This document shows, piece by piece, positions 11,223 through 19,508 of a stretch of 64,000 bases of DNA. The stretch is from assembly GCA_035946335.1 (NCBI GenBank), contig DASYZL010000022.1:401-64400 (forward strand). Direction: 5' to 3'. The notes beneath the pieces are model-generated. The model worked only from the letters and a program-made list of their open reading frames with translations. It had not been told where the DNA came from and searched no databases. The first letter of the stretch is position 1, and every line of letters begins with the position of its first letter. Source of the stretch: Patescibacteria group bacterium (GTDB lineage Bacteria > Patescibacteriota > Microgenomatia > Levybacterales > UBA12049). Both the position numbers and the translations under genes were made by a program.

Positions 11223-12011
11223 TTACAAAATCTCCATTCCCGTTTCGAGGTGGTATTTATCCGATGCTTTCTCGCCCATTATGATGATTTCCACAAACCG
11301 ATTACTATTGATACCTGAACTACCGACAATCAACGCTGCTTCACCCACTGCCACATCGCGTAGTTGTGTGTAACAAGTAAACTCACCAATTTTTGTTTGT
11401 ATACGTTTCCCTGGCGTAAAACTGATTTCCTTTGGCAGTAAAGTCGTTTTTGCATTACCGAAATTATCAATGAGCCAAATTGTTTTTGGTGCATCAGGAA
11501 TACTTTCTATGGGGTATATTTCGTGAGTAATATCCTCTTTATTCATGAGCCAACGGGCTAAACGGGGCATGTAGTCAAAACTGCGAAACTGGGTTGTTGC
11601 GAGCTGATCACGCAGTTCTTTTGTTATTTTTCCTTTTTGAAGAAAACTGTCGGCAACTGTTGTAACATCAGTAAGCATAATCTCTTTTGCTAATCTGAAT
11701 TTTTTGACAAGCGATAAGCAATACCCGTCAATAGTTGCAACCACAAGTGTTTTCTTATACCAGAAGTATCCAAAGGGTGTTCCGTTTGGCCACTTTTTTT
11801 TATGCCTTGGCGCTGAGTTTACTAAAATAACTCCTTCATTGCCACTGGAAGCATCCAGCATGTCAATCATATTTCCAGCTGCTTCTATTTCCCGGTAATT
11901 GGTAATGCCAACCATGGTGATTGCAGCACCAGGAAACAGAGTTGCGAGACGTGTTTGCTGTCGTCCAGATGTATTGTCGTCATGACAATCATTAATGATG
12001 GTAATGAACAT
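11223..12011 (-). CDS. SAM hydroxide adenosyltransferase / chlorinase-fluorinase (DUF62) family protein
   Basis: N-terminal ITIIND, VILVNSAPR, IDNFGNAKT, ALIVGSSG...VEI. Confidence 0.75.
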   Translation of the reverse strand: MFITIINDCHDDNTSGRQQTRLATLFPGAAITMVGITNYREIEAAGNMIDMLDASSGNEGVILVNSAPRHKKKWPNGTPFGYFWYKKTLVVATIDGYCLSLVKKFRLAKEIMLTDVTTVADSFLQKGKITKELRDQLATTQFRSFDYMPRLARWLMNKEDITHEIYPIESIPDAPKTIWLIDNFGNAKTTLLPKEISFTPGKRIQTKIGEFTCYTQLRDVAVGEAALIVGSSGINSNRFVEIIIMGEKASDKYHLETGMEIL

Positions 12012-12091
12012 AAGGATGAACCTGATCATAGCAACGGGATGCTTTTTCTGTCAATGCTGTTTCTCGTTTCCTGACTATGCTATGATAAAAA

Positions 12092-12433
12092 TTAGAAGAA
12101 AATAGCAATCCATTGCTGCCAGTTTGGCAGTTCTTTTATTTTTTTCTGTGCTGATTGATTTTTACCCGAAGGACTTTCTGAGATGATAACTTCATGTTCA
12201 CCTGGTTTCGCCAAAAAGAGATTATCTCTGGCTTGTTCTTCAATAAACTGCTTGGTTGCAACCATCTTGAGTTGTTTTTGCAGCTGATTATTTTCTTTTT
12301 TTACCCGGGAGAGCTGTTGTGCAGCTTGAGATAAAACATCCTGTTTATGCCACAGTTGATAAATTGACCCAAGAAGGCTCATAATAATGACGCAGGCAAA
12401 TATAATTATGGAAAAGAAGATAATTTTTTTCAT
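12092..12433 (-). CDS. septum formation initiator (DivIC/FtsB-like)
   Basis: TM helix, coiled coil, FIEEQARDNLFLAKPGE motif. Confidence 0.85.
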   Translation of the reverse strand: MKKIIFFSIIIFACVIIMSLLGSIYQLWHKQDVLSQAAQQLSRVKKENNQLQKQLKMVATKQFIEEQARDNLFLAKPGEHEVIISESPSGKNQSAQKKIKELPNWQQWIAIFF

Positions 12434-12475
12434 TGACGAAAACGATAAGAGATGATATTATAGGCTTTGTACCGT

Positions 12476-13336
12476 ATGAAACCTATCACCCTTCGCGATG
12501 CCCACAAGGAGTTCGCAAAGTTTTTGGAATCTAAGAAACGCTCAAGCGCTACTATTGTAGCATACAATAAAGACATCGATCAGCTCATCGAGCATTTACA
12601 AACGTTGTCAAAAACACAAGCTCACGAGTCAACAAAAGAAAACCTTGAATCATTTCTTGAGAAATTGAAAAATCAAGGCTATACGCCAAAGTCAATTTCG
12701 CGAAAGTTGAATTCAACACGTACGTTCTACCGGTTTTTGAAGATTAATGAATATATTACTGACGATCCATCTCTACTTGTTGCCCATCCTGAATATCAGC
12801 TCGCGGCACCACGAATTTTAACCTTAATGGAATATCGCGCACTCCGGGATGCCGCGAGAAATGATCCGCGGATGTTTGCCATTATTGAGTTATTACTGCA
12901 AACCGGTATGCGTATTGGTGAATTATCAGGACTTACCATGGATGATGTTAGACCCGAAGGGTTATATATTCGTCCGTTTGAAAAACATGAAGAGCGAATT
13001 ATTCCACTAAATCGGCCTGCACGGGAAGCACTTGAGCACTACTTGGAAACACGGCCGAATGTGAAAGAAACGCGTGTTTTTGTCACAAAATCAGGTCGGC
13101 CGTTTCTTATCAGAAATATTCGTACCGCTGTTGAGCGGTATTTTCAACTTGCGGAGATTAAAAATGCAAAAGTGAATGATTTGCGCCATACCTTTATTGC
13201 CCATCATTTAAAACATGGCGTTTCTTTGGTACTTTTATCAAAAATTGTTGGGCATAAAAGATTGTCTACAACAGAACGGTATCTGGAGTTTGTTCCGGAC
13301 CGGGCAAAGGAAAATACCAACCTCACGGAGCTATAA
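12476..13336 (+). CDS. tyrosine recombinase, XerC/XerD-like
   Basis: SAM-like N domain (TIVAY..D, SISRKLNSTRTFYRFL), TGMRIGE, DLRHTF, VGH, TTERY. Confidence 0.9.
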   Translation: MKPITLRDAHKEFAKFLESKKRSSATIVAYNKDIDQLIEHLQTLSKTQAHESTKENLESFLEKLKNQGYTPKSISRKLNSTRTFYRFLKINEYITDDPSLLVAHPEYQLAAPRILTLMEYRALRDAARNDPRMFAIIELLLQTGMRIGELSGLTMDDVRPEGLYIRPFEKHEERIIPLNRPAREALEHYLETRPNVKETRVFVTKSGRPFLIRNIRTAVERYFQLAEIKNAKVNDLRHTFIAHHLKHGVSLVLLSKIVGHKRLSTTERYLEFVPDRAKENTNLTEL

Positions 13337-13346
13337 TAAATTTCTG

Positions 13347-13419
13347 TGCGTCTGCTTGGATTCGAACCAAGGACATCTATCTTATAAGGATAGCGCTACT
13401 ACCGCTGAGCTACAGACGC
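13347..13419 (-). tRNA. tRNA-Ile(TAT)
   Basis: GCGTCTG/CAGACGC acceptor with A73, anticodon arm CTATC-CT-TAT-AA-GATAG, T loop TTCGAAT. Confidence 0.92.
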
Positions 13420-13650
13420 GGATTTTAGTCTTCGTATTATATCAAAATTCTAGAAATAACTTTTTGAGTAATCACCGACAGCTTTGATAGCCATCAATAT
13501 TTTCTCCTTAATCACTGTATTAAACACACGTAAATTACATGTTCCATGACCAAAACCCTTATGATCTAAATCTATTTTTACTTTTTTATAAATGCGGAAG
13601 TGGAAAGAAATCAGGCTGGTTAAAAGCGAAAAGAAACCTATACATATAGT

Positions 13651-14235
13651 TTAGGCTTCTAAAAAGGGGGCTGTTGACTGCGCATTGTTTCTTGATAAAG
13701 CAACGATGCTATCTACTATTCCTATAGAAAGCGACTGATGTGCTCTTACTGTTACTCCTTCTGGATGCTGTTTATCAACCAGCAATACGTCTCCTACCGG
13801 CTGCCAATATTGTTTATTGACAATAGGAGCTGAATGACGGACAGCAAAAAAGTATCCTGGCCTTTGCGTGAATGACAAGACCCAAATCCCCCATTTATCT
13901 CTTTTATCTTTTGGTACCGGGAGTAGAGTAACTGACTCCTGCTGATTGTCTTGTCCTTTTAAGGTTACCACAACTCCAGGAAAAGAAAATACTTGATCTT
14001 TTGATACATCCATATCGTTAATTTGTTTCAGTATATCTAAGTCGAGTATCGCATCTTTTCTCCTCGTTTCGTAAGCTGCATAAAAGACAGGAATTTTTCC
14101 AGTAGGAGAATATGAATTGATAAATCTCCCAGACCAGTATCGCCTTTCCACAAAATTTTCATCATCATACACAGGTGACTGACCTAAGAGCGCTCTGAGT
14201 GCCTCATCATTCCTAATCTCCTCAACAGTAAGCAT
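13651..14235 (-). CDS. hypothetical protein (194 aa)
   Basis: ORF with TGATATAAT upstream; no recognised family. Confidence 0.65.
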   Translation of the reverse strand: MLTVEEIRNDEALRALLGQSPVYDDENFVERRYWSGRFINSYSPTGKIPVFYAAYETRRKDAILDLDILKQINDMDVSKDQVFSFPGVVVTLKGQDNQQESVTLLPVPKDKRDKWGIWVLSFTQRPGYFFAVRHSAPIVNKQYWQPVGDVLLVDKQHPEGVTVRAHQSLSIGIVDSIVALSRNNAQSTAPFLEA

Positions 14236-14276
14236 AGAGCGGGAATTATATCAAAATATATCAAATCTTGCAATCC

Positions 14277-16643
14277 CTATAGCTTCGCTCTGATCTGAAT
14301 TTCAGCTTCTACCTGACGAATATCTTTGGCGTATTTGAGACGTGACAATTCCTTGATAAGTTCAGCGACGCGTGGATTTTCCGCTGCTTTCTGCGCTGCC
14401 ATATCTTTCATGAGGTTAATGGAAAACGGTGGCACCGGTTCACCATTCACAATGGTTTTCATATATGCGTTGTACTTGTCGATATTAATAAGATCAGCCT
14501 CAGTAAATGTCGGCTGAAATTCATGCTGCAAATAATTTGCATCAGTAACACCAACGCGGAAGCTTACCAGTGTTCCGACATTACCAAACACCGCATTCTT
14601 CACTTCCTCCTGCATCTGCCCGGTAAACTGATTGGCAACTGTCAGATTAAGCTTATATTTTCGCGCCTCAGAAAGAATGACTGCAAAATCTGGCGTTGCA
14701 AAATTTTGAAACTCGTCAACGTAGAGATAGAAATCTTTTCGCTGGTCTTGCGAAATATTCTGCCTGCTCATTGCCGCAACCAGAATTTTTGGTATCAGAA
14801 TAAGTCCCAAAAAATTGGAGTTCTCTTCTCCGATTTTCCCTTTTGCCAGATTAATGAGGAGAATTTTTCGCTCATCCATAATTTGGCGGAAATCAAATGC
14901 GCTTTTTGATTGCCCTATGATGTTACGCATCAATTTATTGGTAACGAATCTGCCGAATTTTGAAACAATATAATCAAGTACTTCTGACTTATGAAAATCA
15001 TTTGTTTGTGCGATTTGATCTGTCCAATAGCGTTTAATAATCGGGTCGGTTATTTTTGGCAAAATTTGCTGGACAAAAGCTGAGTCTGTCAGGGCGCGTT
15101 GCACTTCAATGAACGTACTACCCGGCTCTGCCATAACTGTTAACATAGCGTTACGGATACCATGTTCGAGTCGAGGACCAACAATACCAGTTTGATTCGG
15201 GTCATATAATTTATAGAACAAACCGATGATTGATGAAACAATATAGTGTTTTTGCTCCTCAGTATAGGCTTCCATAATATTTAATCCCATCGGGCGTTGC
15301 GTGTCTGATGGATCAAACACAATAACGTCTTCTGCCCGTTCCGGTGGAACAAGGGGTAAAACCTCTTCGACTAAATCACCGTGCGGATCGACAACACAGA
15401 TACCCTCACCATTACAAATATCCTGTAAAACCATTTCTTTTAAGAATTCTGACTTTCCAGTACCGGTTTTTCCAATAATATACATGTGACGCCTCCTATC
15501 TTCGCGTTCAATGTATACAGGACGGGTAATGCCGCGAAAAACACTTTTGCCTAAATACAGTCCGGTTGTTGGAATTTGCGGCGGAGCAGGTGCTCGTTTA
15601 CTTGTGAGCCACACAACACCTGGCGTTGTCACACTTTTATTCGGAAAATGATAGAGTGTTGCAAGTTCCTCGCTACTCATGACATTGGTTTGCTTATACA
15701 TCGGTTGATAGCGATAGAGAAAATCTTTCATAAAGAATCCTTTGAAACGGATTTTATTTTTGCCCAGGTGATTAACCCCACCAAATGCTTCCAGAACATT
15801 AATAATATTTTCCAAGTGTGCTTTTGCCGCTTCCATGCTGCTTGATGAAACAACAATGCGAATAACAGTATTAAAACCAGGTTTGCCTACTTTTCCCTCT
15901 ATGGCTTCCAGCTCTTTTGCATCTACCGAATAAGAAGCTTTTTCAGGGTTTGATTCTTTCTTTTTTGTGCTGGAAAGGAAACTTTTCCCCTCTTTTTTCC
16001 ACTTACCTTCTGCGGGACTGATAATAATTTGTATCGCAGCACCTTCTCCTTCGCCCATTTTTGCTAGAACGGATGTCAAGACTGAAAGTCCGTCCAGCGG
16101 CATATCCTTAAACACCTTCATTGGTTTATATGCTGACTCTTTCAGGCGAAGACTGGCAAAAGCAACCTCTCCATCTTCTGAGAAAATATTGTACTCATTT
16201 CCAATGATATTCCTTTGTTTTGCATTACTTCCATCTACGATAATAATGTCTGCATCGGGGTATGCACCGTTAATTTGCTTTTCCAGTAGATCCCGCAGTT
16301 TATTAGGAACATATACATAAAAACAAATTTCTCCGGGACGTCCCACGATTTCAAAGGAAATGGATGTCTGGGGTTTGAGAAATGCAAATCTTCCACCCTT
16401 TCTCAATGATGAGAGCGAGGCAAATACCTGCTCCATTGCGTCAATTTTAATTTCATTCTCTCTGGGAAGCGTTATTTGCAGTAATGTTGAATTGAGTGAA
16501 ACCTCTTCCCTTTTCCTCCATTTATACCAGAGAAATAAAATATACCCCCCCCCATAAAAAAGTCCACTAATACATAGAAGGACAAAAAGAGAGAGAATGA
16601 TATATGCAAGTAGTTGCATCAGCATATCTGGTGATAACAGCAT
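14277..16643 (-). CDS. VirB4/TraG-VirD4/HerA-like membrane-anchored ATPase (CPR type IV secretion-like)
   Basis: N-terminal TM, RRRHMYIIGKTGTGKS, VVDPHGDL, YLYVDEFQNF, SEARKYKL, ANQF, GNVGT; start set to ATG 16643. Confidence 0.88.
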   Translation of the reverse strand: MLLSPDMLMQLLAYIILSLFVLLCISGLFYGGGYILFLWYKWRKREEVSLNSTLLQITLPRENEIKIDAMEQVFASLSSLRKGGRFAFLKPQTSISFEIVGRPGEICFYVYVPNKLRDLLEKQINGAYPDADIIIVDGSNAKQRNIIGNEYNIFSEDGEVAFASLRLKESAYKPMKVFKDMPLDGLSVLTSVLAKMGEGEGAAIQIIISPAEGKWKKEGKSFLSSTKKKESNPEKASYSVDAKELEAIEGKVGKPGFNTVIRIVVSSSSMEAAKAHLENIINVLEAFGGVNHLGKNKIRFKGFFMKDFLYRYQPMYKQTNVMSSEELATLYHFPNKSVTTPGVVWLTSKRAPAPPQIPTTGLYLGKSVFRGITRPVYIEREDRRRHMYIIGKTGTGKSEFLKEMVLQDICNGEGICVVDPHGDLVEEVLPLVPPERAEDVIVFDPSDTQRPMGLNIMEAYTEEQKHYIVSSIIGLFYKLYDPNQTGIVGPRLEHGIRNAMLTVMAEPGSTFIEVQRALTDSAFVQQILPKITDPIIKRYWTDQIAQTNDFHKSEVLDYIVSKFGRFVTNKLMRNIIGQSKSAFDFRQIMDERKILLINLAKGKIGEENSNFLGLILIPKILVAAMSRQNISQDQRKDFYLYVDEFQNFATPDFAVILSEARKYKLNLTVANQFTGQMQEEVKNAVFGNVGTLVSFRVGVTDANYLQHEFQPTFTEADLINIDKYNAYMKTIVNGEPVPPFSINLMKDMAAQKAAENPRVAELIKELSRLKYAKDIRQVEAEIQIRAKL

Positions 16644-17065
16644 TACGTTTGTTTTCCTTTCTGCATAGCTTCCTTTTTTAACACTTTCCTGATGAGTGTC
16701 GCAAGCCATGTAACAGATTGTTTTATTGCCTTAGGTGTCTGTAATATGCTCTGCACTGTCTCGTCTGGCAGATTGATCAGAGTCGGATTTGTTGGCACAG
16801 GCGTTAGATCTTTTGTTGGCATTACTCCCGCTTGCTGAGCATCCTGCCTGATAACTTCCTGAATTGGTTGTGCTTCAACACCGGCAGCAGCAACTTCAGG
16901 AGATAAAACTATTTCCGACTGCGTTGCAAATTCATTGCCTGTTTTGACAATAAGCGGAGCATTTTCTTTAGCAGCCACAGGAACACTAACAGGTTGCCCT
17001 CTCAGTGATTGCGCTTGCTGTTGTACTGACGATTGCTGGAGAACAGATTGTGTATTTGGATCCAT
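16643..17065 (-). CDS. hypothetical protein (low-complexity N-terminus, C-terminal SVTWLA helix)
   Basis: Stop overlaps ATPase start; TGGTATGAT 6 nt before ATG 17065. Confidence 0.7.
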   Translation of the reverse strand: MDPNTQSVLQQSSVQQQAQSLRGQPVSVPVAAKENAPLIVKTGNEFATQSEIVLSPEVAAAGVEAQPIQEVIRQDAQQAGVMPTKDLTPVPTNPTLINLPDETVQSILQTPKAIKQSVTWLATLIRKVLKKEAMQKGKQT

Positions 17066-17103
17066 ATTGTCATCATACCATGCTAAGGAAAGCAAACAAA
17101 GTG

Positions 17104-17250
17104 TTAGTCATTCTTTTCCGGTTTCCACCCACACTGGGGACAAGCAGTAAGCTTTCCTTGCTGAATTTGCTGTACTTCCGTTTCTACTGCCACCCACTCA
17201 CACCGTTTGCAGGCAATACGAAAACACGTTGCACATGTTTTATCTTCCAT
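17104..17250 (-). CDS. 48-aa cysteine-rich microprotein (three CxxC motifs)
   Basis: Manual translation MEDKTCATCFRIACKRCEWVAVETEVQQIQQGKLTACPQCGWKPEKND; ATG 2 nt after upstream stop; below ORF-track cutoff. Confidence 0.7.
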   Translation of the reverse strand: MEDKTCATCFRIACKRCEWVAVETEVQQIQQGKLTACPQCGWKPEKND

Positions 17251-17252
17251 AA

Positions 17253-18602
17253 TTATGCCACCGGACGAACCCTTCCGCATGAAATCTTCTTACTTCCACA
17301 ACTACATTCGTATATCCACTCTCCTGCTCTTTTTATATGCATTTTCATACAATCAGGGCATTGCGCCAGTGTAGAACTGAAGATTTCTGACATCCCGAAC
17401 TGCCCGACTGTTCCTTGTACTAACGTCTCAACATTTGACGGTTGTTTCCAGGTAAATTGCGCAACCAAACCAGCGACATTCACTCCAACGTTTGGCGGGC
17501 ATCCTGTTCCTTCGACGGTTTTCACCGGCAAAGACCCTAACTGACGAACTATTGCGTACGTTGTCAATGCGTCAATTGCCTGTCCACGCCGGACAACATC
17601 GAGCAACTTATCCTCGCGGGGATGATCTGCAAAATGATCTGCCGCATTGAGAATTGCATTAAACGCAAACGCGAGTTCTGGCCAGTTAATTTTTTCAGTA
17701 TGCAATACTGCAAGATAATGAGAAAGAAGTTGCACTTGCGCATTGTCTCCTTCCAGTTTTGCAAAAATAGTTTCAAACTCCTGCATTGTCATACCTTTTT
17801 TACTAATCGCAAACGGTATCTCATTGACAACTATCGGATGGGATAAATACCATGCGTCAAGCGAGGTACGACCGTCATAACTTTCAAAAAAGTTTGGGTC
17901 AAGCGTCAGCGCGGTCATCGCATAATCGTGCTCAGTAAAATCAACAGCTACACGTCTTCTTTCAACACATTGTACGCCATTTTTTTCAATAACCTGGAAT
18001 GTATCACAGAATTTTCCATAGTATGCTGAATCTTGCTTATCACTTGGAGGAGAAAATGAGAGAATCATTTTTCCCTTCTTCCCGGGTTTTGTTTTTTTCA
18101 TTGCATTCACCAGTGTGTCATTAATATACTTCCATCCGGCTAATTCTGCTGCTTCGCGTTCCTGATCAGGAGAACCCTGTTGCTTGCGAATCATTGCACC
18201 ACGCAAAAGAATAGCTGACAAGGATTCTTTCATGTAATCATTTGCATACAATTCATCATTGTGATTAACCAATGTTCCTATGCTATCGATAACATGAAAT
18301 CGCTCCATAAGATTTGTTTTGAGATTCGTACGAATCCCACTATCAAGTTGCTTTAAACCCTCTCTATCGCCTTTTTTGCGAAGACGTTCAGTTTGGAATA
18401 CATCAGCAACTGGGTTATATGAACGCTGTAACAATTCTGTTGAGGAAGTTTTTCTGCCCAAAGCCATATCACAATCCTGCTGCAGAGTAAGGAATTCAAA
18501 AAAATCTTTTTGCTGCTCTAAAGGAATTGCAGCTGCGGCAGTAAAAACTGACATGCTATCTTTTTGTACGTTTCGTAAAGCTACTTCGTTGGTTGCGAGC
18601 AT
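17253..18602 (-). CDS. hypothetical protein (449 aa) with C-terminal zinc-ribbon, downstream of cobalamin riboswitch
   Basis: GGAG 6 nt before ATG 18602; C-terminal CPDC...CSC...C. Confidence 0.8.
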   Translation of the reverse strand: MLATNEVALRNVQKDSMSVFTAAAAIPLEQQKDFFEFLTLQQDCDMALGRKTSSTELLQRSYNPVADVFQTERLRKKGDREGLKQLDSGIRTNLKTNLMERFHVIDSIGTLVNHNDELYANDYMKESLSAILLRGAMIRKQQGSPDQEREAAELAGWKYINDTLVNAMKKTKPGKKGKMILSFSPPSDKQDSAYYGKFCDTFQVIEKNGVQCVERRRVAVDFTEHDYAMTALTLDPNFFESYDGRTSLDAWYLSHPIVVNEIPFAISKKGMTMQEFETIFAKLEGDNAQVQLLSHYLAVLHTEKINWPELAFAFNAILNAADHFADHPREDKLLDVVRRGQAIDALTTYAIVRQLGSLPVKTVEGTGCPPNVGVNVAGLVAQFTWKQPSNVETLVQGTVGQFGMSEIFSSTLAQCPDCMKMHIKRAGEWIYECSCGSKKISCGRVRPVA

Positions 18603-18629
18603 AAAAAACTCCAATCTTTCGAAAGGAGT
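18603..18629 (-). terminator. riboswitch expression-platform hairpin (terminator and/or RBS sequestrator)
   Basis: ACTCC-TTTCGAAAGATT-GGAGT followed by TTTTT, immediately before ATG; the stem contains the GGAG RBS. Confidence 0.6.
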
Positions 18630-18643
18630 ACACAAAAAATGCA

Positions 18644-18751
18644 CTTCTGCTCGGAAGATTTGATAACGGGGATCTGACTTATCAGCAAAACGCTGCTTTA
18701 CAGTTGCGGCACAGTGAAGGAATTACACCTTCTTCACCCGGAATGCCAAAT
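18644..18751 (-). promoter_or_regulatory. cobalamin riboswitch (compact class II / AdoCbl-variant-like), copy 2
   Basis: GGGTGAA-GAAGG-TGTAATT-CCTTC-ACTGTGCCGCAACTGTAA...AAGTCAGATCCCC (B12 box), P13 CTTC-CGAGCA-GAAG able to kiss L5 TGCCG. Confidence 0.85.
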
Positions 18752-19288
18752 TGTCTCTTGTTTCTTTTCTTTAAAATTAACGTATCTGCTCTGGGTAAAA
18801 AACAAATCAGACAAACGATTGAAGTATATCAGAATTGCCTTCTCTTTTTGTGTACTGTTAAGTCCGGCGAGTTTTCGTTCAACCCTTCGCGCAATGGTAC
18901 GCGTCATGTGCAAAAATGCTGCAACTTTATCACCACCGGGAAAAATAAAATTACGAAGACGCGGCATCTCCTCAGTCATAGTATCAATTTCTTTTTCAAA
19001 ATGGCTCACTTGCGTTAGCATATGCTGCACGAACGTTTTTGGAACTATTGCCTGCGGATTAGCTAACAAGGAGGCGATATGCAGTAAATCATCCTGAATG
19101 GCCCACAATACTTCCCGCAGTGCTTTTTCGTACTCCTTATCTCCTAAATGCGCAATAACAACACCTATTTGGCTGTTTAATTCATCTATTGTCCCATACG
19201 TATCAACACGCGGATTATTTTTGGCAACGCGCGTACCGTCAAAAAGTGACGTTTTTCCACTATCTCCCTTTTTTGTGTAAATTGGCAT
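18734..19288 (-). CDS. pduO: ATP:cob(I)alamin adenosyltransferase, PduO type
   Basis: IYTKKGDSGKTSL, YGTIDELNS, FIFPGG, RTIARRVER, NRLSDLFF. Confidence 0.95.
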   Translation of the reverse strand: MPIYTKKGDSGKTSLFDGTRVAKNNPRVDTYGTIDELNSQIGVVIAHLGDKEYEKALREVLWAIQDDLLHIASLLANPQAIVPKTFVQHMLTQVSHFEKEIDTMTEEMPRLRNFIFPGGDKVAAFLHMTRTIARRVERKLAGLNSTQKEKAILIYFNRLSDLFFTQSRYVNFKEKKQETIWHSG

Positions 19289-19393
19289 AATTTTGTGATC
19301 TAGTTATAGTTGTTTTCGGTGAAATATACAAGCCTGAGAGCAAAAGAGGGATGAAAAACCTTCTTTCGAAAAGTTTTCCAAGATGACTGCCAA

Positions 19394-19494
19394 CTTTTGC
19401 TCGAAAGCCTTGGGAAAAAGCAAAGAAACGGTTTTCTGGCTTTTACAGTTACGGCATAGCCACGGACTCACACCGTGATTGCCCTATTTCTTTG
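19394..19494 (-). promoter_or_regulatory. cobalamin riboswitch (compact class II / AdoCbl-variant-like), copy 1
   Basis: CAAAGAAA/TTTCTTTG closing stem, AATAGGGCAAT-CACGG-TGTGAGT-CCGTG-GCTATGCCGTAACTGTAAAAGCCAGAAAACC, P13 CTTT-CGAGCA-AAAG; sits between nrdJ and pduO. Confidence 0.88.
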
Positions 19495-19508
19495 TTATTT
19501 TTTGATTG

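Noticed and set aside
11223-13419. Prophage or ICE anchored by the tyrosine recombinase at tRNA-Ile
   Set aside because: Neighbours are housekeeping-like (DivIC, DUF62); no phage genes, relaxase or tRNA-Ile att duplication seen.
17005-17544. 179-aa + strand ORF
   Set aside because: Antisense to the 449-aa gene, the 48-aa CxxC ORF and the 17065 gene; no motifs.
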